Below, in pieces: positions 6,441 through 15,689 of a DNA stretch of 35,397 bases. The notes under the pieces are model-generated. The model did no database searches. It was not told where the DNA came from and saw only the letters and a program-made list of their open reading frames with translations. Source of the stretch: a virus. Position numbers and translations under genes: made by a program. The stretch lies in IMG/VR virus record IMGVR_UViG_3300002098_000018; one strand, given 5' to 3'. Positions within the stretch are counted from its first letter, which is position 1; each line of letters starts with the position of its first letter.

Positions 6441-7716
6441 TGAAATTATTGCTAATGCAGAGTTTCCAGAAAAGCTGCAGTGCTTATTTGAGCCAGAATC
6501 TATCCGCTATCGCGTTTTATATGGCGGTAGAGGTGGTGCAAAGTCGTGGGGAGTTGCACGAGCATTGCTTATCAAAGCAGCCAAGACGCAATTACGAATA
6601 CTCTGCGCCCGTGAGTTTCAGACATCCCTCAAAGATTCAGTCCATAAGCTATTATCTGATCAAATTGAATCTTTGGGCCTGCTTGGTCACTATGAGATTA
6701 CACAAGCTGCAATACGATGCAAAACGACAGGTAGTGAGTTTTTCTTTGTTGGGCTCAAAAACAACATCAACAACGTAAAATCTATTGAAGGTATAGACAT
6801 CTGCTGGGTAGAGGAAGCGCAATCGGTTTCAAAATCTAGCTGGTCAACTCTCATACCAACAATTCGTAAAGAGAACTCAGAGATCTGGATTACATTTAAC
6901 CCAGAACTTGAAACAGACGAAACCTATCAGCGCTTTATTCTGAATAAACCAGGCGAATCTATTGTTGAAAAGATCAATTGGTCTGACAATCCATGGTTTC
7001 CGGAAACGCTGCGCATTGAGAAGGACAATCTTAAAGCCAGGGATCAAGAAGCCTATAATAATGTTTGGGAAGGTTTATGCCGCCAAACAGTCGATGGCGC
7101 TATCTTTGCTAAAGAGATGCAACTTGCTGAATTAGACGGCCGCATAACTAAAGTGCCTTATGATGCAACTAAACCTGTTCATGCTGTATTTGATCTGGGA
7201 TGGGCCGATAGCACAGCGATCTGGTTTTTACAGTTTGTTGGAATGGAAACCAGGCTGATCCGATACATGGAAAGCTCGCAGCAGACGATTAGCTGGTACA
7301 TGGCCCAGATGCAAACTTTTGGTTATGTTTACGATACGCTATGGCTGCCACATGATGCAGAGAACAAAACATTGGCTGCAGCAGGCCGTACTATTGATGA
7401 CATTGTAAGAGCAGCAGGCTTTAAAACTCGCATCTTGGGCAAAGTGCCTATTGTGGATTCTATCAATGCTGCCAGGACTATATTTTCAAATTGCTATTTT
7501 GATAGAGAAAACTGCGCACAAGGGTTACAATGTTTAAGACATTATCGTTATGATGTCGATCCCGATACAGGAATGTTTAGCAGAACGCCCCTACATGATA
7601 ATTATTCACACGGCGCTGACGCATTTCGCTATATCGGACTTATGATTAATGAGCCAAGGAAATTTGTGCAGAAAAAAGCACAGATGTATTCACCTGGCGC
7701 TTCTTGGATGGGATAG
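6424..7716 (+). CDS. terL: Terminase large subunit (PBSX / Terminase_3-like)
   Basis: Walker A YGGRGGAKSWG, then ILCAREFQTSLKDSV, WVEEAQSVS, LIPTIRKENSEIWITFNP. Confidence 0.9.
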   Translation: MTKTINEIIANAEFPEKLQCLFEPESIRYRVLYGGRGGAKSWGVARALLIKAAKTQLRILCAREFQTSLKDSVHKLLSDQIESLGLLGHYEITQAAIRCKTTGSEFFFVGLKNNINNVKSIEGIDICWVEEAQSVSKSSWSTLIPTIRKENSEIWITFNPELETDETYQRFILNKPGESIVEKINWSDNPWFPETLRIEKDNLKARDQEAYNNVWEGLCRQTVDGAIFAKEMQLAELDGRITKVPYDATKPVHAVFDLGWADSTAIWFLQFVGMETRLIRYMESSQQTISWYMAQMQTFGYVYDTLWLPHDAENKTLAAAGRTIDDIVRAAGFKTRILGKVPIVDSINAARTIFSNCYFDRENCAQGLQCLRHYRYDVDPDTGMFSRTPLHDNYSHGADAFRYIGLMINEPRKFVQKKAQMYSPGASWMG

Positions 7717-7719
7717 AAA

Positions 7720-9831
7720 ATGGCTTTTACAAATCAAGATGATTACGACAGTCGCATAGGCGCTGCACAAGACTTTTTGCGTTTATGTGCAGAAGCCGAT
7801 TCAACCAATCGTAGTGAAGCGTTCGAGGATCTTAAATTTGCAGCTGGCGATCAATGGCCAGTAGAGATTCAAAACTCACGCACTCTTGAGGCTCGCCCTT
7901 GTTTGACAATCAATAAGATTGATCCATACATCCGCCAGGTAACAAACCAACAACGTCAGCAGCGCCCTCGCATGAAGGCCCACGGCATGAATACTCAGAC
8001 AGATGAGAAAATGGCCCAGACGATTACAGGTATTTTCCGACACATTGAGGTGAATTCAGATGCAGATCAAGCCTATGATAACGCTTTTAATTTCGCTGTT
8101 CGCATGGGCTGGGGTTATTGGCGTGTTGTTACTGACTATGTTAGGGATGACAGCTTCGATCAAGAGATATTTATTAAACAAATTACCAACCCTTTTACTG
8201 TTTATTTTGATCCTAATAGCGTTTTACCAGATGGTAGTGATGCAGAACGGTGCTTAATTACAGAAGTAATGCCTAAAAAAGCATTTAGGGCCATGTATCC
8301 AGGTAAAGATGACGGCACTGGGTTTACGCAGCGCAGCACAGGCGATACTAGCGCCGAGTGGATGATGAAAGAGGACATCCGCATTGCTGAATACTTCTAT
8401 ACAGTCCGCAAAGCAACCAAACTTCTATTGTTGACAGACGGCAGCAAAGTTTATAAAGACGAATTCGATGGTGATCCATTGATGATCGTTGATGAGCGCG
8501 ACACAGTTAAAAAAGAGATTCATTGGTGCAAATTAACAGGCATGGAAATTCTTGAGGAACGAGTGCTGCCTGGTCGTTTTATCCCAGTTATTCCTGTTTA
8601 CGGTGAGCAGCTGATCGTTGACAACAAGCGTAAGAAGTTTGGACTAGTCCGCCAGGCTAAAGATCCACAAAGGATGTATAACTTCTGGCAAACAGCGTTT
8701 ACTGAATCAGTAGCGCTTGCACCTAAAGCTAAATGGCTTATGGCAGAGGGCCAAGACGAGGGCCACGAATCAGAGTGGGCTCAAGCTAACGTTAAGGCTT
8801 ATCCTGTTTTACGTTACAAACAAAAAGACATTGAAGGTCAACCAGCACCGGTGCCTTCACGCTTGCAACCAGAGCCGCCACCAGCTGGCGTAATGGCTGC
8901 AGCACAATCTATTAATGATGATTTGCAATCTGTATTAGGTATCTTTGATCCGTCACAGATGCCAACAGGCAACATCTCTGGTAAAGCATTAAACGGTCAG
9001 CAGCAGCAAGCTGATATGTCTAATTTCCATTATTACGATAACTTAACACGCTCAATTCGCCACACAGGCAAGATCATTTTGGATTTGATCCCTTATATCT
9101 ATGACACAGAGCGCGTATTACGCATTATTGGTGATGATGAAAAACCAGAGTTGGTCACAATCAATCAGCGCAGCCAAGACGATAACGGCATCGAAAAGAT
9201 TTTAAACGATGTAACAATCGGTGAATATGATGTGGTTATGGATACTGGCCCAGGATTCAACTCTAAACGTCAAGAAGCCGTTAATGCGATGATGCCATTA
9301 ATCACTGGCAATCAAGAACTATTTAATATTGCTGGCGATCTAGTATTCCGCAATATGGACTTTCCTGGCGCAGATATTATTGCCGATCGTTTGGCTGCAG
9401 CTAACCCATTAGCACAAATTGATGAAAAATCAGACGTTCCACCACAGGTTCAGATGAAAATGCAACAAGGAGCTAAACAGATCCAAGAGTTGCAACAACA
9501 AGTGCAAGCTCTCACGATGGATCTACAATACGGTAAATCTGTTGCAGCTCTTAAAGAGGAAGGCAACAACAAACGCAAACTTATGGATGTTACTGCTAGA
9601 GCGCACAATACTGAAACAATGGCCGAAGTTAAGGTAAACGATCAAAATACACGCGCAATCACCAGCCAAAACAAAACAGAGATTGATGCGATTGTTGAGT
9701 TGTTATTGCATCACATGGATACAGCTCGCTTAGAACGCGAGATCGAAAAGCGTAACCAGGAACAATATAACTCTGCTGCTGCAGCTGTTGAGGACATCGC
9801 TAGTGGCGCAAATCCGTTTATGCAACAATAA
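7720..9831 (+). CDS. Portal protein (P22-like, with a C-terminal coiled-coil barrel)
   Basis: IRIAEYFY..., PVIPVYGEQLIVDNKRKKFGLVRQAKDPQRMYN parallel P22 gp1 (IQIAEFYE..., PIVPVFGEW...GVVRLTKDGQRLRN). Q-rich helical tail. Confidence 0.85.
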   Translation: MAFTNQDDYDSRIGAAQDFLRLCAEADSTNRSEAFEDLKFAAGDQWPVEIQNSRTLEARPCLTINKIDPYIRQVTNQQRQQRPRMKAHGMNTQTDEKMAQTITGIFRHIEVNSDADQAYDNAFNFAVRMGWGYWRVVTDYVRDDSFDQEIFIKQITNPFTVYFDPNSVLPDGSDAERCLITEVMPKKAFRAMYPGKDDGTGFTQRSTGDTSAEWMMKEDIRIAEYFYTVRKATKLLLLTDGSKVYKDEFDGDPLMIVDERDTVKKEIHWCKLTGMEILEERVLPGRFIPVIPVYGEQLIVDNKRKKFGLVRQAKDPQRMYNFWQTAFTESVALAPKAKWLMAEGQDEGHESEWAQANVKAYPVLRYKQKDIEGQPAPVPSRLQPEPPPAGVMAAAQSINDDLQSVLGIFDPSQMPTGNISGKALNGQQQQADMSNFHYYDNLTRSIRHTGKIILDLIPYIYDTERVLRIIGDDEKPELVTINQRSQDDNGIEKILNDVTIGEYDVVMDTGPGFNSKRQEAVNAMMPLITGNQELFNIAGDLVFRNMDFPGADIIADRLAAANPLAQIDEKSDVPPQVQMKMQQGAKQIQELQQQVQALTMDLQYGKSVAALKEEGNNKRKLMDVTARAHNTETMAEVKVNDQNTRAITSQNKTEIDAIVELLLHHMDTARLEREIEKRNQEQYNSAAAAVEDIASGANPFMQQ

Positions 9832-9917
9832 TTGATAAAGTTTTAGATTAGCAGTACCATAATTCTACAAACCTTACTAGTTGGGTATTCAACTAGGTTA
9901 ATTCTTGAGGATAGCTC

Positions 9918-10826
9918 ATGTCAGAAGCAAGAGAAGTGCAAAATGTATTAACAAGTGAAAATTCGGCAGAGTTTTATGCCAAAAAGTTAGATTTAGCTAC
10001 CGAAGCTGCTCCTAGTGAGGCTGCACAAGAGGAAACTCAAGCAGAGCCAGTAGTCGAGCCAGTAGGTGAGAGTGAATCTGAGGCAGAGAATGAGCCAGCG
10101 ACAGAGGAACGGAAACCAAACCCGAAATTAGAGAAGCGTTTTTCAGAGCTAACCAAACAACGTGAGGAAGCGCGTAAAGAAGCGCAGCGCGAACGTGAAG
10201 CCAGGGAAGCCCTAGAATCTCGCTTACAAGCACTTGAGGGCCGTCAGCCGCAACAGCAGCAGGCAGCCGTAGATCAAGAGCCGCAGCCGAGCCAATTTAG
10301 TGATGCTTTTGAATATGCAAAGGCACTAGCTGAATACTCGACTGAAAAAGCATTGAGAGATCGTGATCAGCAGGAAGCAAATCGCAAAGTGGAGCAAGAA
10401 AACGCCAAACGAGTTGAGGCATTTTTAGAGCGTCAAAATGCGGTGAAAGCAGAACTGCCAGATTACGAGGATATGGTAGCAAGCTCAGATGTGGTCGTGA
10501 GTGATCAAATCAGAGATGCCATCATTGAGAGTGACGTTGGCCCTAGAATTCTTTATCACCTGGCGGAAAATCCCGAGCTGGCAGAGGAATTAGCGGCAAT
10601 GTCAACAATCAGTGCATTGCGTAAAATCGGAAAATTGGAAGCTCAGTTTGAAAAATCAAGCGAGCCTGTAAGTAAGCCTGTTGCGAAAAAATCTAATGCG
10701 CCTGCACCAATCAAGCCATTACAAGCTACATCCGCTGCAACTGATACACCAATTGATTCTAATGGTGAATTCCATGGATCTTATCAACAGTGGCGTGAAT
10801 CTCGTAAGGCTGGCAAGATTAGGTAG
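9918..10826 (+). CDS. Scaffolding protein
   Basis: Acidic, E/Q/A-rich coiled-coil-like protein between portal and coat. GAGG lies upstream of the ATG. Confidence 0.7.
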   Translation: MSEAREVQNVLTSENSAEFYAKKLDLATEAAPSEAAQEETQAEPVVEPVGESESEAENEPATEERKPNPKLEKRFSELTKQREEARKEAQREREAREALESRLQALEGRQPQQQQAAVDQEPQPSQFSDAFEYAKALAEYSTEKALRDRDQQEANRKVEQENAKRVEAFLERQNAVKAELPDYEDMVASSDVVVSDQIRDAIIESDVGPRILYHLAENPELAEELAAMSTISALRKIGKLEAQFEKSSEPVSKPVAKKSNAPAPIKPLQATSAATDTPIDSNGEFHGSYQQWRESRKAGKIR

Positions 10827-10858
10827 GCTTTAAAATATTTTAATTAAGGACTTTCAAA

Positions 10859-12109
10859 ATGGCTAACCAATTACTTACCATTAGCAAGATCACCAACGAA
10901 GCGTTGATGGTCTTAGAAAATGAACTAACATTTACATCAGAAGTAGATCGTAACTATGATGATCAATTCGCAGTAGTAGGCGCGAAAATTGGCAACACAG
11001 TAAACGTTCGCCGCCCAGGCCGTTTCATCGGTACTACTGGCCCAGCATTGAACGTTGAGGACTTTAACGAAACTTCTGTACCAGTAACATTAGGTACACA
11101 ATTCCACGTTGACACTCAATTCACTACACAAGATTTGGCATTATCTTTGGATATGTTCTCTGATCGCGTATTGAAACCAGCTGTTGCTGCTATTGCCAAT
11201 AAGATCGACCGCGATGGTCTTTTGATGGCAAAAAACAACACTGCTAACATCGTTGGTACTGCAGGCACTCCACCAACTGGCTTGATCACATACTTGACAG
11301 CTGGCGCATACCTAGATTCAGAAGGCGCACCACGCGATGGCCGCCGTTCATGTATCGTTGAGCCATTCACAGGCGCTACTATTGTTGACAGCTTGAAAGG
11401 CTTATTTATGCCACAAGAAGCTATCAGCGAACAATATCGCAAAGGCTTGATGGGCCGTGATTCTGGTGGTATGAACTGGAAAATGGATCAAAACGTTGTA
11501 TCACAACAATTCGGTTCTTACGCTTCTGCTACATTGTCAACAGACACAACAGGCGCGTTCTCTGGCTCATTGACAAGCGGCTGGGCTCAAACTTCTACTA
11601 TCCAAGTAAAAGCAACAAGCGCTGCAGCTACATTGAATCAAGGTGATACATTCACAATCGCTAACGTTTATGCAGTCAACCCACAAAACCGTCAACCATA
11701 CGGCACTAACAAGTTGCGTAACTTTGTTGTTACTTCAACTACTGCTATTGGTTCTGGCGCTACTGTTGCGGTAACTGTTTCACCAGCTATTATTACTGCT
11801 GGTCAATTCCAAAACGTAAGCGTAACTGCAACATCAGCTACAGCTGTTGTTACACCATTCAATAACACAGGTATCGTTTCACCACAAAACATCGTGATGC
11901 ACCGTAACGCTTTCACTTTAGCTACTGCTGATTTGGAATTGCCAGAGGGTGTTCATTTTGCTGGTCGTGCAAGCGATAAGGAAATTGGTTTGTCAATGCG
12001 TGTTGTTCGTCAATACACAATTAACAACGACAGTATTCCTACTCGTTTGGATGTGTTATATGGCTGGGCTCCACTCTATCCAGAGTTGGCTTGCCGCGTA
12101 GCAGCTTAG
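10859..12109 (+). CDS. Major capsid protein (P22 coat gp5 family, HK97 fold)
   Basis: N-terminus ISKITNEALMVLENELTFTSEVDRNYDDQFA..GAKIGNTVNVRRPGRF is typical of P22_CoatProtein-family members. Position after the scaffold, followed by a terminator. Confidence 0.8.
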   Translation: MANQLLTISKITNEALMVLENELTFTSEVDRNYDDQFAVVGAKIGNTVNVRRPGRFIGTTGPALNVEDFNETSVPVTLGTQFHVDTQFTTQDLALSLDMFSDRVLKPAVAAIANKIDRDGLLMAKNNTANIVGTAGTPPTGLITYLTAGAYLDSEGAPRDGRRSCIVEPFTGATIVDSLKGLFMPQEAISEQYRKGLMGRDSGGMNWKMDQNVVSQQFGSYASATLSTDTTGAFSGSLTSGWAQTSTIQVKATSAAATLNQGDTFTIANVYAVNPQNRQPYGTNKLRNFVVTSTTAIGSGATVAVTVSPAIITAGQFQNVSVTATSATAVVTPFNNTGIVSPQNIVMHRNAFTLATADLELPEGVHFAGRASDKEIGLSMRVVRQYTINNDSIPTRLDVLYGWAPLYPELACRVAA

Positions 12110-12115
12110 TGAATA

Positions 12116-12140
12116 GGGGCGGCCAAAAGCTGCCCCATTT
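12116..12140 (+). terminator. Candidate intrinsic terminator/attenuator after the coat gene
   Basis: GGGGCGG / CTGCCCC stem (one mismatch), 7-nt loop CCAAAAG, short ATTT tail. Confidence 0.45.
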
Positions 12141-12168
12141 AAAAAACATTTAATAAAGGAATACAATT

Positions 12169-12405
12169 ATGTCTAATCCAGGCCCAGCAGTCACAAGCAC
12201 CCCTAGTTATTTACTAAATGGTGATTCATCAGACGGTGATTTAATTGGCGGTTCAGCTTCAAACAAAGTTGGTTTTCATGGCGCTACTCCTGTAGTGCAA
12301 GCAGGCGCAATTACTGCGATTACTAACACAGCAACAGGTACTGAAATTGCTACCGCTGTTAATGCACTAATTACAGCATTGAAAAACAAAGGCTTAACAG
12401 CTTAG
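12169..12405 (+). CDS. Small virion-associated hypothetical protein (78 aa)
   Basis: Follows the coat gene. The NKVGFHGATPVVQ motif is common in small ORFs downstream of the capsid gene (from memory). Confidence 0.6.
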   Translation: MSNPGPAVTSTPSYLLNGDSSDGDLIGGSASNKVGFHGATPVVQAGAITAITNTATGTEIATAVNALITALKNKGLTA

Positions 12406-12427
12406 TTTTATATGAAGTGATGCACAG

Positions 12428-12457
12428 AAAGGTGGCTTAAAAACCCACCTTTTTTTG
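12428..12457 (+). terminator. Rho-independent terminator
   Basis: AAAGGTGG-CTTAAAAAC-CCACCTTT hairpin running into a T7 tract. Confidence 0.8.
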
Positions 12458-12501
12458 CATTTTTCAAGCATAATATACACAATCTTTACAAAGGATCTAT
12501 C

Positions 12502-12828
12502 ATGCCATCATCAACAATTGCTCGTGGTAACTCACTTTCAACGTTTTACATCGCTCCATCACTAACACCAACATCAGTTTTGACAGCTATTACTGCAGCT
12601 CAAACATTTACAGTGCCAGGTCTTTTAACTACTGACATCGTTAATGTTATTGGTTTCAATGGCTCACAAACTGCTGGTATTATTATTGCTGAGGCTGATT
12701 GTTTAGCGAATAACGTTTTAACAATTCAATTCGGTAACGTAACAGGCGGTACTTTAACTCCAGCAGCTGGTGTATATACAATCCAAGTTGTTCGAGCAGA
12801 CGGCCCATTGCCAGTTACTGCTGTTTAA
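12502..12828 (+). CDS. Hypothetical structural protein (108 aa, Thr/beta-rich)
   Basis: First ORF after the terminator, in the structural block. Confidence 0.55.
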   Translation: MPSSTIARGNSLSTFYIAPSLTPTSVLTAITAAQTFTVPGLLTTDIVNVIGFNGSQTAGIIIAEADCLANNVLTIQFGNVTGGTLTPAAGVYTIQVVRADGPLPVTAV

Positions 12829-12837
12829 GGAATCATC

Positions 12838-13185
12838 ATGGCTAACACATCGGTTATACGTTTAGCAGGAAAAACATCGGTTATTGCTGTAACAGCTACA
12901 TCGTCAACAGCGATCTCGATCACTAGCACTACAAACAATCAGATCAACTATGCTTCTTTTCTTAACGTAGGCACGAAACCTTGTGCTGTTAATGTATCAA
13001 GTTTAGCGACTGCTCCTGCTGCCGTATTTCCGACAGCTGGAACGCCTGGTGATTATGTTTTACCTGGCAACATGGTTTCACCTGTAGTTTTAGCTGTTCC
13101 AACGGCCCCATTTAGCGTTACTGCTATCTGTGGCGGCACTGATACAACTACATTATATGTAACTGCAGCAGACGATCAGTCTTAA
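12838..13185 (+). CDS. Hypothetical structural protein (115 aa, Thr/Ala-rich)
   Basis: ORF in the structural block upstream of the fibre genes. Confidence 0.55.
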   Translation: MANTSVIRLAGKTSVIAVTATSSTAISITSTTNNQINYASFLNVGTKPCAVNVSSLATAPAAVFPTAGTPGDYVLPGNMVSPVVLAVPTAPFSVTAICGGTDTTTLYVTAADDQS

Positions 13186-13214
13186 TGACTGGTAGTAATT
13201 ATTAGGAAAATAAA

Positions 13215-15689
13215 ATGGCTGAAATTTCCAAAACAATCGATCAAAATTTATTGCCTGTTCAAGCATATTTTAATGTTGACGGCACTTTTAATACGTTTAT
13301 CGGACAAGGACAGCCATTTTATGCAACAGCTAATCCGTTTCAATCTGGGCTGCATATCACAGATAGTACGATAGACAGCTCAGTAATTGGCGGTACAACG
13401 CCTGCAGCCGGTTATTTTTCATTAGGAACTGTGGCAGCAGCACCAGTAGGCGCAACAGATCTAGTCAATAAACAATATGTAGATTATTTTGTAGCTGGTT
13501 TAAGCTGGAAAGCGCCAGCACTTGTAGCATCTACAGCAAACATTCCATCATTGTCTGGCCTTTTGACTATTGACGGTGTAACGCTTGTTGATGGCAATAC
13601 TGTATTGGTAAAAAATCAATCCACAGCATCACAAAACGGTATTTATGTAGCACATTCTGGCGCATGGACTTATTCAGTAGGTGGTGACACTTGGAACGAA
13701 TATTTAGGCGCAATTATTTTTATTCTTGAAGGAACGCAAACAGGATCGGCTTGGTATTGTACCGCGCAGCCTGGTGGCACTTTAGGAACTACAGCTTTAA
13801 ATTGGTCAAACTTTAGCGTTTCATCAACTTACACAGCTGGCACTGGACTTACTTTAGCCGGTACACAATTTAGCATTACAAACACTGGCGTTACTGCAGC
13901 CGCTTATGGTTCAGCATCTAGCGTTGGTACATTTACAGTAAACGCCCAGGGCCAATTAACATTAGCTGGCAGCACAGCAATTGCAATTAACGGCAATCAA
14001 ATCACTAGCGGCACTGTTGGATCGGCTTATTTATCTGGTACATACTCTGGCATTACTGGCTTGGGTACATTGCTTAATTTAACAGTGACAAACACAATCA
14101 GCGGCAGCATTAACGGTAACGCTGCAACTGCAACAACAGCAACAACAGCAACTACGGCAACAACTGCAACAACTGCTACTAATTTAGGTGGTGGTGCAGC
14201 TGGTTCTGTTCCATATCAAACAAGCGTTGGCGTTACATCATTCCTTGCTGCTGGCACTAATGGCCAAGTATTAACGCTTGCATCTGGCGTTCCATCATGG
14301 GCCACGCCAACAACGGGAACTGTAACTAGCGTATCTGGTACCGGTACAGTATCTGGTTTAACATTAACAGGAACAGTAACATCTAGCGGATCATTAACAT
14401 TAGGTGGATCATTAAACTTATCTAGTCCGCCAGTTATTGGAAATACAACGCCTGCCGCAATCACAGGAACTGTAATTACAGCAAATACCAATTTTGCAAG
14501 TGAAAACTATTATGCTTTAAGCGTATTAGGCGGTAATTTGCGCACATCTGGCGGTACAAGTTTATTAAATTGGGATGGCGGCGGTAGTGGTAATGTAACC
14601 ATTAATGGTGGATTGACTGCAACTCCTGCTAACAAAAACGTTACGCTATCACCTAGCGGTACAGGCACTGTAACAATTAATCCAGCTACTGCTGGCGCAC
14701 TTGATAATGTGGCAATTGGTGCGACAACACCTTTAGCTGCTACATTTACTACATTAAGAGTTAATTCAACTATATCTCTGGCTGGATCAACAGGTACAGC
14801 AGGCTATGTATTAACATCTAATGGAGCATCTGCACCTACCTGGACTGCGCCAACATCTTATGCAACAGTAACAGATGACACATCGACAGCAGCAACTCGT
14901 TATCCATTGTTTGCTGCTGTAACAACAGGCAATCTAACAACTGAATATACCAGCTCAACTAAATATCAATTTAATCCATCTACAGGAACGTTGACTGTTA
15001 ATGCGTTTACTTTAAATGGAACTGGTGGATTGTTTTCTGGAGATTTTTCAAACGCTACTGTATTAAGCAGAAATTCGTTTAAAACTTCAACAACCAATGG
15101 TTCAACAGGTATTTATGCTTTACCTAATGGGACTTCAACGGCAGCTTCATGGCAAGCAACAAACGCAGCAGATCCTACAAACGCATCTAAAATTTTAATA
15201 GCTACTAACGGCGCTACAGACGTTCAATTGGTATCTGGAATTAATGGAACAGGTACATATTTACCAATGACGTTTTACAATAGTGGCGCAGAAAAGATGC
15301 GTCTTGATACGTCAGGTAACTTAGGTATTGGAACTAACTCGCCTGGGGCTAGACTAGCAGTAGTAGGAACAGGTTATTCACCTAACATTACTTTAACTGA
15401 TGCAGCAACTGTTGCTTGGGATACTTCTACAGGTCAAGTAGCTACATTTACTTTTGTTTCAACAAATCGCACAATGGGAGCACCAACAAACCTCGTCAAT
15501 GGCGGCTTCTACGCGCTTGCAGTCATTCAAAATGGCGGCTCTAATACATTGACATGGAACAGCGTATTTAAATGGGCTGGTGGCTCTGCACCAACATTGT
15601 CAACTGCTGCTAGTGCAAAAGACTATTTCACTTTCCGTTCAGACGGTACTAACTTATACGAGCAAGGTCGCGCTCTAGGGGATGCTTAA
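13215..15689 (+). CDS. Tail fibre protein (824 aa, highly repetitive, Thr/Gly-rich)
   Basis: GATDLVNKQYVD and SWKAPALVASTANI...IDGVTLVDGNTVLVKNQ...NGIY motifs are typical of phage tail fibre proteins. Contains an (Ala-Thr-Thr)n tract and GT-rich repeats. Confidence 0.75.
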   Translation: MAEISKTIDQNLLPVQAYFNVDGTFNTFIGQGQPFYATANPFQSGLHITDSTIDSSVIGGTTPAAGYFSLGTVAAAPVGATDLVNKQYVDYFVAGLSWKAPALVASTANIPSLSGLLTIDGVTLVDGNTVLVKNQSTASQNGIYVAHSGAWTYSVGGDTWNEYLGAIIFILEGTQTGSAWYCTAQPGGTLGTTALNWSNFSVSSTYTAGTGLTLAGTQFSITNTGVTAAAYGSASSVGTFTVNAQGQLTLAGSTAIAINGNQITSGTVGSAYLSGTYSGITGLGTLLNLTVTNTISGSINGNAATATTATTATTATTATTATNLGGGAAGSVPYQTSVGVTSFLAAGTNGQVLTLASGVPSWATPTTGTVTSVSGTGTVSGLTLTGTVTSSGSLTLGGSLNLSSPPVIGNTTPAAITGTVITANTNFASENYYALSVLGGNLRTSGGTSLLNWDGGGSGNVTINGGLTATPANKNVTLSPSGTGTVTINPATAGALDNVAIGATTPLAATFTTLRVNSTISLAGSTGTAGYVLTSNGASAPTWTAPTSYATVTDDTSTAATRYPLFAAVTTGNLTTEYTSSTKYQFNPSTGTLTVNAFTLNGTGGLFSGDFSNATVLSRNSFKTSTTNGSTGIYALPNGTSTAASWQATNAADPTNASKILIATNGATDVQLVSGINGTGTYLPMTFYNSGAEKMRLDTSGNLGIGTNSPGARLAVVGTGYSPNITLTDAATVAWDTSTGQVATFTFVSTNRTMGAPTNLVNGGFYALAVIQNGGSNTLTWNSVFKWAGGSAPTLSTAASAKDYFTFRSDGTNLYEQGRALGDA

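Noticed and set aside
6440-6778. Alternative-frame ORFs inside terL (6440..6778) and the portal gene (8060..8257, 8202..8384)
   Set aside because: They are fully embedded in genes with unambiguous family signatures. No independent signals support them.
9877-9896. Hairpin CTAGTTG-GGTATT-CAACTAG between the portal and scaffold genes, with a nearby TTGATA-N17-TACCAT
   Set aside because: No T-tract follows, so it is not a canonical terminator, and the -10 box is weak. It could be an RNA stability or processing element, but support is insufficient.
14121-14180. (Ala-Thr-Thr)n tract (GCA ACA ACA-like 9-bp periodicity) considered as a slippage-prone phase-variation site
   Set aside because: The repeat is imperfect at the DNA level because codons vary (ACA/ACT/ACG, GCA/GCT). 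Any slippage would also be in-frame. It is most likely just a flexible linker.
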